A DNA stretch of 64,000 nt from Kiritimatiellia bacterium (lineage in GTDB: Bacteria > Verrucomicrobiota > Kiritimatiellia > JAAZAB01): the NCBI GenBank assembly GCA_040767085.1, contig JAXGPF010000003.1, forward strand, positions 547,572 to 611,571. The letters run 5' to 3'. A model generated the notes under the pieces. The model ran no database searches. It saw nothing but the letters and a program-made list of their open reading frames with translations, and had not been told where the DNA came from. The position numbers were made by a program, and so were the translations under genes. Shown here piece after piece: positions 20,831 through 29,779 of this stretch; position 1 is the first letter of the stretch; each line of letters opens with the position of its first letter.

Positions 20831-21130
20831 TTACTCCACCGTGACCACGCTGTTCAAGGTGCCCAGCGAATTGCGCACCCAGTTCTGGCATTCCGGGTCC
20901 ACCATCCAACTGCCGTTGACCACGAATTTATACTCGTATTGGCCCTTGGGCAACACCAGGGTGATGGAGTACTTGCCGCTGTCGCGGGCATCTTTCATCC
21001 GGTGCCGCGCAGCATCCCAGTTGTTGAATGTGCCGGCGATAAAGACATCGCTCTTGGGATTAGCGGCAAGCTGGAACGTTACCCGACGCGCGGACGGAGC
21101 AGGCCTTTTGATTTTCATGCTTTTCTTCAT
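20831..21130 (-). CDS. Stand-alone CBM48/AMPK-beta-like glycogen-binding domain protein
   Basis: VFIAGTFNNW, LPKGQYEYKFVVNGSWMVDP, NSLGTLNSV; immediately upstream of glgB. Confidence 0.88.
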   Translation of the reverse strand: MKKSMKIKRPAPSARRVTFQLAANPKSDVFIAGTFNNWDAARHRMKDARDSGKYSITLVLPKGQYEYKFVVNGSWMVDPECQNWVRNSLGTLNSVVTVE

Positions 21131-21237
21131 ATTACGCGTCCCTCCCAAAAACCATGGCCAAACCGAACCTCCCATCAACCTTGAACCTTATACCCCCGGA
21201 GGCCTGAAAAGATACACTTATTCTTCTCGCATTTGGG

Positions 21238-21265
21238 ATTATACCAGGCTAGCGGCAATTGACAA
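21238..21265 (-). promoter_or_regulatory. Putative sigma70 promoter for CBM48-glgB-rmuC
   Basis: TTGTCA-16 bp-TATAAT with extended -10 (TGGTATAAT) on the minus strand. Confidence 0.5.
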
Positions 21266-21301
21266 GTATTTTCCCATGCCGCCCGCCGGCATGCGACGTA
21301 T

Positions 21302-22465
21302 TCATTTGTAATACTTTGCAACCCAATGATTTACCTGGTCGGAACCGACGTTTAAAATTCCGATTTCACGCTCGGCGTTTGCCGGAGAATCCGAGGCATG
21401 CGCGGCGTTTACCATGATATCCCGCCCGAACTCGCGGCGCACCGATCCCGTGGGCGCTTTATCCGGATCAGTCGAACCCAGCAAGGTGCGAATTTTTTCC
21501 ACGGCATTCAGGCCGCTGTATATCAGCGCCAGACATTTGCTCGGACCGGCTTGACCGCATTCTTCGGGCCGGCAGGACGGCGGGTACCGGCCGGTCATGA
21601 ACTTGATCAACTGATAAAACTGCTCATCGCCCAGCAATGGCCCCAGCTGCTCTTCGAGCAATTTCACTGTGGGGCCGGGAATGGCGATGCTTAATTCCTT
21701 CTCCAGCATGCCCAGCACACGCGCGGAAACCTGGCCCTTCATTTTTTCGCGCAGCACCTGGTGCACCGGCTGGTAAAATTGTTCCGCCTGGGCCACGCTC
21801 ATCCGGTGCACATTGGCGGCGATGATCCGCAGGCCGGAGCGTGAAAGCAGATCGATGATGTTGCCGGGGCGGGCGTTGGGGAAACGGAAGTTATCCGGCT
21901 TGATCAACACCAGCGTGCGCTGCCAGCCGGCAGCGCTGCTGTTGCTGTCGGCGGCGTTCTGCACAATGCCGCCGTCGGACTCGGCGTGGCGCCCCCAGAT
22001 GGCCAGCGCCTGCGCCGTTTCGACGGCGTTGTTGCCGATCAAAACCGCCGGTTCGAAATACTGCACCGCGCCGTGCGCGTCCACCACGTAATCGCCGAAG
22101 GTGTCACGGATGGTTTCCCCGCCGGTGGTCGCCACGTTGCCGGCGGTTTCCCGTACGCGGCGGATGGCATCTTCGCCTTCCAGCAAAATCAGCATGACGC
22201 GCCGGGGCCGGCCGCTGACCGGATCCGGGCTGTAGGCTGTGGCGACATAATCGGCCAGCAAATCGCGCGCGGCCGGCTCCAGCCCGCTGATATCGCTGCG
22301 CACCAGGCCGGCATATTCCTGCGCCAGCCGGGCGCTGGGCGCATACATGCGGGCCGCCACCAATTCCAGGCCCGTGCGGCTCAAAAACCGGCCGATCACC
22401 CCGCCGGTGCGGGACTTGGCGATCGTATAAGGATTGATCAGGACAAAAGCTAATTCCATGGCCAT
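21302..22465 (-). CDS. ndk: Nucleoside-diphosphate kinase family protein with tandem NDK domains
   Basis: Domain 1 AFVLINP...ETIRDTFG; domain 2 RTLVLIKPD...IRTLLGSTDP...GSVRREFG...NAAHASDS (catalytic His). Confidence 0.8.
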   Translation of the reverse strand: MAMELAFVLINPYTIAKSRTGGVIGRFLSRTGLELVAARMYAPSARLAQEYAGLVRSDISGLEPAARDLLADYVATAYSPDPVSGRPRRVMLILLEGEDAIRRVRETAGNVATTGGETIRDTFGDYVVDAHGAVQYFEPAVLIGNNAVETAQALAIWGRHAESDGGIVQNAADSNSSAAGWQRTLVLIKPDNFRFPNARPGNIIDLLSRSGLRIIAANVHRMSVAQAEQFYQPVHQVLREKMKGQVSARVLGMLEKELSIAIPGPTVKLLEEQLGPLLGDEQFYQLIKFMTGRYPPSCRPEECGQAGPSKCLALIYSGLNAVEKIRTLLGSTDPDKAPTGSVRREFGRDIMVNAAHASDSPANAEREIGILNVGSDQVNHWVAKYYK

Positions 22466-22524
22466 AAAAACCTCCAAAAGTATTTATGTATCATAATCCT
22501 CTTGCCAGAGCAATAAGATTAACC

Positions 22525-23745
22525 TCAGAAGGCATGCACCAGGAGGCCGGAACGTGGTTTGGGATCGAACCAGGTGCTTTTAGGCGGCATGATCAGACCG
22601 CGGTCGGCAATGGCCATCAACTGGCTGACAGTCACGGGGAACATGGCAAAGGCCGCGGCGAACTCGCCGGAATTCACGCTTTGCTCCAAAGCCTGGACGC
22701 CGCGCGCACCGCCAACGAAATCAATGCGGCAATCGGTGCGCGGATCGCGAATGCCCAGGATTGGCGCCAATAGATGATCCTGGAGGTAACTGACATCGAG
22801 GGCGGCCACCGGATCGCCGGCCGGCGCCGGCAGACGCCGGCGCAGTCCCAGCCATTTGCCGGCCAGATACATACTCACCCGGCCGACTCCCGCCGGCGCC
22901 GGCGGCGCGTTTTCCACGACCTCGAACGCGCCGGCCAGGGCCTTGACAAAATCCCGCGGGGCCAATCCGTTCAAATCCCGCACCAGCCGGTTATAAGGCA
23001 GGACGGTCAACCGGCCGGCGGGAAACAGGATGGCCATGAACCAGTTGCTCTCGGCGTCGGGATCGGCCGCGCCGGCGGCACGCCGCTGCGCGGCCACGCG
23101 CACGGAGCTGGCCGCGCGATGATGGCCGTCGGCGATATAGGCGGCCGGCACCCGGGCGAAGCATTGCTGCAGCGCCGGCGTATCCGGCATGCGCCAGACG
23201 GTGTGGCTGACGCCATCCGGCGCGGCAAAATCATACAAGGGCGGCAGCGTTGCGGCCTGCTCCATCAGCCGGTCAATCGCCGGCACATCCCGATAAGTCA
23301 GGAGCACCGGCCCGGTATGGGCGCCCAGCGCGTCAATATGGCGGGTGCGGTCATCTTCCTTTTCCTGCCGGGTTTTTTCGTGTTTTTTAATGACATCGGC
23401 GCGGTAATCGTCCACATGGCAGCAGGCCATGACGCCATCCTGGCAATGCGTTCCCTGACGGAGCCGGTAGAGGTAGCAGGCCGGGGCGGTTTCCTGGAGC
23501 AGAAGGCCGTTGGCGCGCCATGCGTCAAAATTTGCCCGGGCATGAGCGTACACTTCCGGGGCATATGGATTGACGGCGTCCGGCAATTCGATTTCCGCGC
23601 GGGAAATGCGCAAAAAACTGCGGGGATTGCCCGCGGCCTGCGCGGCGGCTTCGCGGCGGTCCACCACGTCGTAAGGCACGCTGGCTACCTGCGCCGCGAA
23701 TTCCGGCGCCGGCCGCCAGGCTGAAAAAGGCTTGATGCGCAACAT
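22525..23745 (-). CDS. DUF1015 family protein
   Basis: IKPFSAWRP, VASVPYDV, IKKHEKT, YIADGHHR, MPPKSTWFDPKPRSGL. Confidence 0.9.
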   Translation of the reverse strand: MLRIKPFSAWRPAPEFAAQVASVPYDVVDRREAAAQAAGNPRSFLRISRAEIELPDAVNPYAPEVYAHARANFDAWRANGLLLQETAPACYLYRLRQGTHCQDGVMACCHVDDYRADVIKKHEKTRQEKEDDRTRHIDALGAHTGPVLLTYRDVPAIDRLMEQAATLPPLYDFAAPDGVSHTVWRMPDTPALQQCFARVPAAYIADGHHRAASSVRVAAQRRAAGAADPDAESNWFMAILFPAGRLTVLPYNRLVRDLNGLAPRDFVKALAGAFEVVENAPPAPAGVGRVSMYLAGKWLGLRRRLPAPAGDPVAALDVSYLQDHLLAPILGIRDPRTDCRIDFVGGARGVQALEQSVNSGEFAAAFAMFPVTVSQLMAIADRGLIMPPKSTWFDPKPRSGLLVHAF

Positions 23746-23752
23746 GTTTTGC

Positions 23753-24310
23753 TCAAAGAGTGTTTTGCCATTCTTCGCGTTCGGCCGCCGCGTTTTCTTC
23801 GCTGCTGACAATTTCCGCGATCTTGATCTTGACCGCGGCAACCTCGGAAATCCCCAGGCTGTCGCGCAGGCTGTCGCGCACGCGCTGCTGCAGCAACTGG
23901 GAAAGTTCCTGTATTTTCGTGCCGGCCTTGACGGTCAGGTCCAACTGAATCTCCACCGCGTCGCGCCCCGAGCCGGCGACATCCGAACGCAGGTTGACAA
24001 TCCCCGCGAATTCACGGCCGAGCTTGGCCAGAAACGCGTTGACCGCGCCGACGCTGACGCTGACGGCGCCGCTCTCGTTATCGAACGACAGGTAACGCTC
24101 CTTGCGGACGCGCGCCGAAATGGCGGTCACCCAGTAAAACGCCACCGCCAACATTAAAAACAAGCCCAGCCCCAGCCGGCCGTAGCGGCCGGTAAAAAGG
24201 AATTCACAGAACTTCCAATCCAGGCCGAAAAAATTTGCGACCAGGAACCAGCCCAGCAACAACAGTGCCGCGGAAAGCGCCAAGCTGACCAGGAAATGTA
24301 AAATTTTCAT
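23753..24310 (-). CDS. Alkaline shock response membrane anchor AmaP-like protein
   Basis: Two N-terminal TM helices plus an Asp23-like C-terminal domain (GAVSVS...LQQRVRDSL); overlaps the asp23-like gene. Confidence 0.7.
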   Translation of the reverse strand: MKILHFLVSLALSAALLLLGWFLVANFFGLDWKFCEFLFTGRYGRLGLGLFLMLAVAFYWVTAISARVRKERYLSFDNESGAVSVSVGAVNAFLAKLGREFAGIVNLRSDVAGSGRDAVEIQLDLTVKAGTKIQELSQLLQQRVRDSLRDSLGISEVAAVKIKIAEIVSSEENAAAEREEWQNTL

Positions 24311-24747
24311 GCTTGTTTCTCCTGTTTTTCCTCTTTTTGTTGACGAGTCATGATCCGGACCTCCTGCACAATCACATCCACCGCGGCGACGGTTTTCCCG
24401 GTCATTTCCGTTACCGCCCGCCGCACGTCGTTTTGAATCTGCCATGCCACATCCGGGATGCGCACGCCGTATTCCAGCGTGACGTGCAATTCCAGGCGCA
24501 GGCTCTGGTCCGGTTCGTTCATTTCCACGCGCACGCCGCGGTCGGTTTTACCGATGATATTGGCCAGCCCATCGGCAAAGGAACCGCTCATCTCCGCCAC
24601 TCCCGGCACCTGCAGGGCGGCATGGCGGGCAATTAACGCGATGACGCCCTGGTGAATGCGGACGGCGCCGAAGTCGCCGGCTGTTTCCGCGGCCGGCGGC
24701 GGCGCGCCGGCGTTCGGTTGCGCTGCCTGGTTTTTGGTCTTAAGCAT
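24307..24747 (-). CDS. Asp23/Gls24 (YqhY-like) protein
   Basis: GAVRIHQGVIALIA, VPGVAEM, EYGVRIPDVAWQIQ, VTEMTG...VDVIV. Confidence 0.88.
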   Translation of the reverse strand: MLKTKNQAAQPNAGAPPPAAETAGDFGAVRIHQGVIALIARHAALQVPGVAEMSGSFADGLANIIGKTDRGVRVEMNEPDQSLRLELHVTLEYGVRIPDVAWQIQNDVRRAVTEMTGKTVAAVDVIVQEVRIMTRQQKEEKQEKQA

Positions 24748-24761
24748 GCCTGTCTCTCCCG

Positions 24762-26135
24762 TCATTTCGCCGCCGCCCCCGCAAACGTCGGCTCGGTTTT
24801 CAAAAAATTATCCAGAAACGCCGTATGGTAAACGCCGCGCCGGAACAAGGAATCATGCATGATCGCCTGACCCAGCGGCACGGTAGTCTTGACGCCTTCG
24901 ATCATGAATTCCCCGAGCGCCCGCGACATGCGGCTGACGGCCTCTTCGCGATTATCGCCGGTGACGATGATTTTGGCCAGCATGCTGTCGTAATACGGGC
25001 AAATATCGTACCCGGAATAAATGTGCGAATCCACCCGCACCCCGGGCCCGCCGGGGAACAGCACCCACTCCACCCGGCCGGGCGACGGCGCAAAGTTTTT
25101 AAAGGGATTTTCGGCGTTGACGCGCCACTCGATCACATGCCCGCGCGGCCGGATATCGCGCTGCTCCCAGGCCAGTTTTTCGCCGGCGGCAATTTTCAAC
25201 TGCTCCTTGATGATGTCAATGCCGCTGGCGATTTCCGTGACGGGATGCTCCACCTGTACGCGGGTGTTCATTTCCATGAAATAAAAATTACCCGCGCCGT
25301 CCAGCAGGAACTCGATGGTCCCGGCGTTCCGGTAACCGATGGACTCCGCGGCGCGGACGGCGGCCTTGATCATCTTGCGGCGCTGCCCGGCATCCAGCGC
25401 CGGGCAGGGGGTTTCTTCCAGGAGTTTCTGGTGCCGCCTTTGAATGCTGCAATCACGTTCGCCCAGGGCCAGCACGCGGCCGTAATGATCCGCCAGAATC
25501 TGCACTTCCACATGCCGGGCATTGTCGATGTATTTTTCAATGTAGACATCGGGCGTGCCGAAAGCCTGCTCGGCTTCGTTGCTGGCCATGATGAAGCCCT
25601 GGGCCAGGCTGACGTCGTTATGCGCAATCCGCATGCCCTTGCCGCCGCCGCCGGCCGACGCCTTGATCAGCACCGGGTATCCGGCCTGCCGCGCGACTTC
25701 CAGCGCCTCGTCCTGCGTTTTTACCACGGTCTTGCTGCCGGGGATGGTCGGCACGCCGATTTTCTGCATCGTGGCGCGCGCCGCAGCCTTGTCGCCCATC
25801 CGCTTGATGTTATCGGCGGACGGCCCGATGAAGGTGATGTTGCAACTCTCGCAAATCTGGACAAAATGCGCGTTTTCGGCCAGAAACCCATAACCGGGGT
25901 GAATGGCGTCCACATCCGCCACTTCCGCGGCGCTGATGATGTTGGCGATTTTCAGATAACTGTCCTTGGCCGGCGCGGGCCCGATGCAGATGGCCTCGTC
26001 GGCCATTTGCACGTGCAGGGAATTGGCATCCACATCCGAATAAACCGCAACGGTTTTAACGCCCAATTCGCGGCAGGCGCGGATGATGCGCACGGCGATT
26101 TCGCCGCGGTTGGCGATCAGCACTCGGTTGAACAT
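24762..26135 (-). CDS. accC: Acetyl-CoA carboxylase biotin carboxylase subunit
   Basis: LIANRGEIA, HPGYGFLAEN, KASAGGGGKGMR, RDCSIQRRHQK, EMNTRVQVEHPVTE. Confidence 0.97.
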   Translation of the reverse strand: MFNRVLIANRGEIAVRIIRACRELGVKTVAVYSDVDANSLHVQMADEAICIGPAPAKDSYLKIANIISAAEVADVDAIHPGYGFLAENAHFVQICESCNITFIGPSADNIKRMGDKAAARATMQKIGVPTIPGSKTVVKTQDEALEVARQAGYPVLIKASAGGGGKGMRIAHNDVSLAQGFIMASNEAEQAFGTPDVYIEKYIDNARHVEVQILADHYGRVLALGERDCSIQRRHQKLLEETPCPALDAGQRRKMIKAAVRAAESIGYRNAGTIEFLLDGAGNFYFMEMNTRVQVEHPVTEIASGIDIIKEQLKIAAGEKLAWEQRDIRPRGHVIEWRVNAENPFKNFAPSPGRVEWVLFPGGPGVRVDSHIYSGYDICPYYDSMLAKIIVTGDNREEAVSRMSRALGEFMIEGVKTTVPLGQAIMHDSLFRRGVYHTAFLDNFLKTEPTFAGAAAK

Positions 26136-26138
26136 GGG

Positions 26139-26594
26139 CTAAATCTTTTCAATTTTAAACAGCGGCTGCCCGTACTGGACCGGGCGGGCGTTTTCCGCCA
26201 TGATTTCGCGGACAATGCCGCGCACTTCCGCCTTGATTTCATTCATGACTTTCATGGCTTCCACGATGCACAAGACGCTGTCGGGATTGACTTCCTGCCC
26301 GAGCTTGACATAGGGCGGCGAATCCGGCGACGGCGCGGCGTAAAAGGTTCCGACAAACGGCGCTTTGACGATCTCGCAATTTTCCTCTTCCTCCGGCGCG
26401 GCGGGGGGCGCCAGCGCGGCGGGCGCCGCCGCGGAAGGCGCCGGCGCGGAAGGCGCCGGCGGCGGGCAGGGCGCCGCCGGGGGGGGGGCGCCGCGCTTGA
26501 TGGCGATGCGCCGGCCTTCTTCCTCCAATTCGAATTCCACCAGATCGCTGGCCAGCATCAATTCCACGACTTCCTTGATTTCGTCCAGTTTCAT
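26139..26594 (-). CDS. accB: Biotin carboxyl carrier protein
   Basis: Pro/Ala linker, APFVGTFY, EAMKVMNEI biotinylation motif. Confidence 0.96.
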   Translation of the reverse strand: MKLDEIKEVVELMLASDLVEFELEEEGRRIAIKRGAPPPAAPCPPPAPSAPAPSAAAPAALAPPAAPEEEENCEIVKAPFVGTFYAAPSPDSPPYVKLGQEVNPDSVLCIVEAMKVMNEIKAEVRGIVREIMAENARPVQYGQPLFKIEKI

Positions 26595-27076
26595 ACATGT
26601 CCCTTTTTTTTCACCGCCGCTTTGCCGGCCAAATGTTCCAACAAACCGTCCAAGGCCAGCCGGTAGCCTGCCGCGCCAAAGCCCATGACCTGGCCCAGGC
26701 AGGCGCCGGCCGTCAGGCTGCGGCGGCGAAAATCATCGCGCGCCGCGGTATTGGACAGGTGCACTTCCACGCATGGCAATTCCGCCGCCTGCAGGGCGTC
26801 GCGCAATGCCACGCTGGTATGCGTAAAGCCCGCCGGGTTCATGATTAACCCGTCATAAACGCCGCGCGCCGCCAGGATGCGCTCCACCAGCGCTCCCTCC
26901 AGGTCGCTCTGCGCCGCTTCCACGCGCGCGCCGCGCGTGCGGCCATACGCGGCCAGGTCCCGCATGATGGCCGGCAGCGTAGCCGATCCGTACACGGACG
27001 GCTCGCGCACCCCGAGCAGTCCCAGGTTCGGCCCGTTCAACACCAATACTCTATACGACTGGCTTGACTTTTGCAT
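26591..27076 (-). CDS. aroQ: Type II 3-dehydroquinate dehydratase
   Basis: LNGPNLGLLGVREPSVYG, NPAGFTHTSVALRDA, EVHLSN. Confidence 0.96.
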   Translation of the reverse strand: MQKSSQSYRVLVLNGPNLGLLGVREPSVYGSATLPAIMRDLAAYGRTRGARVEAAQSDLEGALVERILAARGVYDGLIMNPAGFTHTSVALRDALQAAELPCVEVHLSNTAARDDFRRRSLTAGACLGQVMGFGAAGYRLALDGLLEHLAGKAAVKKKGHV

Positions 27077-27125
27077 TTACGCGGGGAGTTTAACAGTTTC
27101 CAACGGCCGCTGCCAAGCATTAAAC

Positions 27126-27917
27126 CTAAAGCGGATGCACGTCCGCCGCATCACATTCCACCAGGCGCTGGTCCGCCAGGCAGATCCGCACCCGGCGGGC
27201 CAGCGGCTTGATATCCACCACCCGGCCGGCGCCCTCGGGACAGGTTACCTGGTCGCTCACCCGCGGCAAGCCATCCCCTTGTTCGACGTAGCAGGCATGT
27301 TCGAAGCGCAGGCAGCATTTCAGGCGGCCGCACATCCCGTTCAGATTGGCGGGATTCAAGGCCAGCCCCTGCTGCTTGGCCATGCGCATCGTGACGTTAT
27401 CGAATTCCTTCAACCAGGTGGAACAGCAAAGGCGCCGCCCGCAAGGGGCATAGCCTCCCGTCATCGCCGCCACGCTGCGCGCGCCGATCTGGCGCATTTC
27501 GATCCGGGCGCGCAAATCCGCCGCCAGGTGCTGCACCAACTGGCGGAAATCCACGCGCTCTTCCGCCGCGTACAGCACCTTGATCACCGTGCGATCCAGC
27601 GAATACCGCACCTTCAGCAGGCGCATCTCCAGGTTTAATTCCCGGACTTTCTCCTGGCAGCGCTTCCAGGCCGTGCGCGCGAACAATTCGTTTTCGCTGG
27701 CCTGGGACTGGTCCTGCAGGGTCGCGCGCCGCAGCACCTGGGGGATGTCGCCCGGCGCCGCGACGGGATCGTCCGCCAGCATCAGCACGCGCCCGCATTC
27801 CAGCAGTCCATCGCTTTTCAACACGCAGGTATCGCCGACGGCAATCGCCAGGGCCAGCGGGCAAAAAGCCTTAACCGCATGCGGTTCACTGCAGTCCACA
27901 TATAGTATTTTAAACAT
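27126..27917 (-). CDS. ricT: PSP1-domain protein (RicT/YaaT family)
   Basis: RVDFRQLV, RIEMRQIG, CGRRLCC, GMCGRLKCCLRFE. Confidence 0.88.
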   Translation of the reverse strand: MFKILYVDCSEPHAVKAFCPLALAIAVGDTCVLKSDGLLECGRVLMLADDPVAAPGDIPQVLRRATLQDQSQASENELFARTAWKRCQEKVRELNLEMRLLKVRYSLDRTVIKVLYAAEERVDFRQLVQHLAADLRARIEMRQIGARSVAAMTGGYAPCGRRLCCSTWLKEFDNVTMRMAKQQGLALNPANLNGMCGRLKCCLRFEHACYVEQGDGLPRVSDQVTCPEGAGRVVDIKPLARRVRICLADQRLVECDAADVHPL

Positions 27918-27994
27918 TGCGCCGCCATTCTGCCGCCCGGCCGCGGGCGGCGTTGTCCGCGCGCCGCCAGCGGCGGCCCGCGCGGGGCATCCCT

Positions 27995-29011
27995 TTATCC
28001 GGGGGATAGTTCCGGCTCCGCCAGCCGGATGAAGCCATGCTCGAATACCATGGTTTCATGCACATTGCGGTTGAATTGCGTCTGCATGGCTTCCACCGCC
28101 CGCACCCGCGCCAGCGCCGCCCGGCAGCCGAGGCCGCGCGCTTCCCGGCGCAGCGCATCGGCCGCGTCCCGAAAAGCCAGCAGCGTATCGTCCGCGCCGG
28201 CGGCGCACAACAGCAAATCGCGCTGCCAGAGCATCAGCCATTCCAGCACGGTTTCGCGCCGGCGGCGGTAGCGGGCCTCCACGCGGGCTTCCAGCACGGC
28301 CTTCATTTTATCGCGCGCGCTTTTATCCAGGTCTTCCAGGTTGGTCTCCGCCATGACCGTCTCCTCGGCTTCGCTGATTTCCGCCTTGATCGCCTTCAGC
28401 CGCTCCAGCAGGAAGCGCGCCCGCTCCACCGCCGCCGCCATCCCGGCGCCGCCTGTTTCCGTCATCGCCGCCAGTACAAGATCGCGCCCTTCGCGGCTGG
28501 CGGCAGGGTCGTCGGCGTTCAGCGTCAGCCGCTGGCAGCGCGAAATAATGGTGGGCAACAATTCATCCGGGCTGTCGGTCAGCAGCAGAAACAGCGAGCG
28601 CGGCGGCGGTTCTTCGAGGGTTTTCAGGATTTTATTGGACGCCTGGTCGTTCAAGCGGTCGGCATCCGCCAGCACCACGGTTTTCCAGCCGCCGTCAAAG
28701 GTGGTTTGGGAAATATGCCGGAGCACCTGATCAATCTGCTCCACCACTACCCGCCGGGACTTGCTTTCCGGTTCAATCCACAACAAATCCGGGTGCTGGC
28801 GGGCCAGCGCCTGCCGGCAGGGCGGGCAGGCGCTGCAAGGGCGTTCCGGCGGGGGCGCTTTGCAATACAACAGGGCCAGGATCGCGCCGGCCGCTTCCCG
28901 GAGCATGGCGCGCGACCGGCCGCATACCAGATAGGCATGCGCCAGGCGCTCGCCCAGCAAAGCCTGGCGGAGGACGCGGATCAATTCTTCGATTTCAGGA
29001 TTGGATGGCAT
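27995..29011 (-). CDS. holB: DNA polymerase III delta-prime subunit
   Basis: RLAHAYL, zinc motif C..PCSACPPC, HPDL, LKTLEEPP, LLPTIISRCQ; follows tmk. Confidence 0.9.
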   Translation of the reverse strand: MPSNPEIEELIRVLRQALLGERLAHAYLVCGRSRAMLREAAGAILALLYCKAPPPERPCSACPPCRQALARQHPDLLWIEPESKSRRVVVEQIDQVLRHISQTTFDGGWKTVVLADADRLNDQASNKILKTLEEPPPRSLFLLLTDSPDELLPTIISRCQRLTLNADDPAASREGRDLVLAAMTETGGAGMAAAVERARFLLERLKAIKAEISEAEETVMAETNLEDLDKSARDKMKAVLEARVEARYRRRRETVLEWLMLWQRDLLLCAAGADDTLLAFRDAADALRREARGLGCRAALARVRAVEAMQTQFNRNVHETMVFEHGFIRLAEPELSPG

Positions 29012-29633
29012 ACTGCGCTGCTTCCCATACCGCCTGTTGCAATTCCGCCGGCGAACGCGTGGCATCCAGCACTTTGAACCGGCGGGGTTCCTGCCGGGCC
29101 AGTTCCAGGTAGCCCTGGCGGACGCGCTCGTGAAATTCCAATGCCTCGTGTTCGATGCGGTCGGTGCCCCGGCCGGCGGCGTTTTGCCGGAGTTGCGCGC
29201 GCAGCAGCCCGGCTTTGACGTCCAAATCCAGCAGGAACGTCAAGTCGGGCGTCAAGCTGCCCGTGGCCAGTTGGTTCAAATCCCGCACCTGCGCCTTGTC
29301 CAGGCGGCGGCCATACCCCTGGTACACGGTAGTGGAATCGGCGAATCTGTCGCAGATCACATGCGCGCCGCCGGCCAGCGCCGGCCGGATCACCTCATCC
29401 ACCAACTGCGAACGGGCGGCCAGGAACAGCATCAATTCCGCCACCGGCGTCGGGGGCGGCTGCTGGTGGTCCTTCAGGATGCTCCGCACGCTTTCACCCA
29501 GCCAGGTGCCGCCGGGCTCGCGGGTCAATTTGACCGCATGCCCCGCCCCCCGCAGCCGCTGGGCCAGCGCGGCGGCATGCGTGGATTTGCCCCCGCCTTC
29601 CGGGCCTTCAAAAGTGAATAATTTGCCTGGCAT
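28995..29633 (-). CDS. tmk: Thymidylate kinase
   Basis: FEGPEGGGKST, TREPGGT, CDRFADSTTVYQGYGR. Confidence 0.96.
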   Translation of the reverse strand: MPGKLFTFEGPEGGGKSTHAAALAQRLRGAGHAVKLTREPGGTWLGESVRSILKDHQQPPPTPVAELMLFLAARSQLVDEVIRPALAGGAHVICDRFADSTTVYQGYGRRLDKAQVRDLNQLATGSLTPDLTFLLDLDVKAGLLRAQLRQNAAGRGTDRIEHEALEFHERVRQGYLELARQEPRRFKVLDATRSPAELQQAVWEAAQYAIQS

Positions 29634-29779
29634 GGTTTAAATCCAAGGCGGGCGCCAGCCCGCGGCCCAACTTAACAAATGCAATCAACAAAGGGAGCCA
29701 GCGCCAAAGCCGGCATTAAATCAACATCTGACTATGCGCCTTTGCCCTTTGTTTGGCTTTTACTTGTCCGGCGCGTCCT

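Noticed and set aside
26479..26488. G10 run in accB as a phase-variable tract
   Set aside because: The frame is intact, the gene is normally essential, and the run encodes the Pro/Ala linker.
24825..26666. 613-aa plus-strand ORF, and similar long antisense ORFs (4541-5794, 33294-34709, 41625-42968)
   Set aside because: Shadow frames of well-supported genes on the opposite strand in GC-rich DNA.
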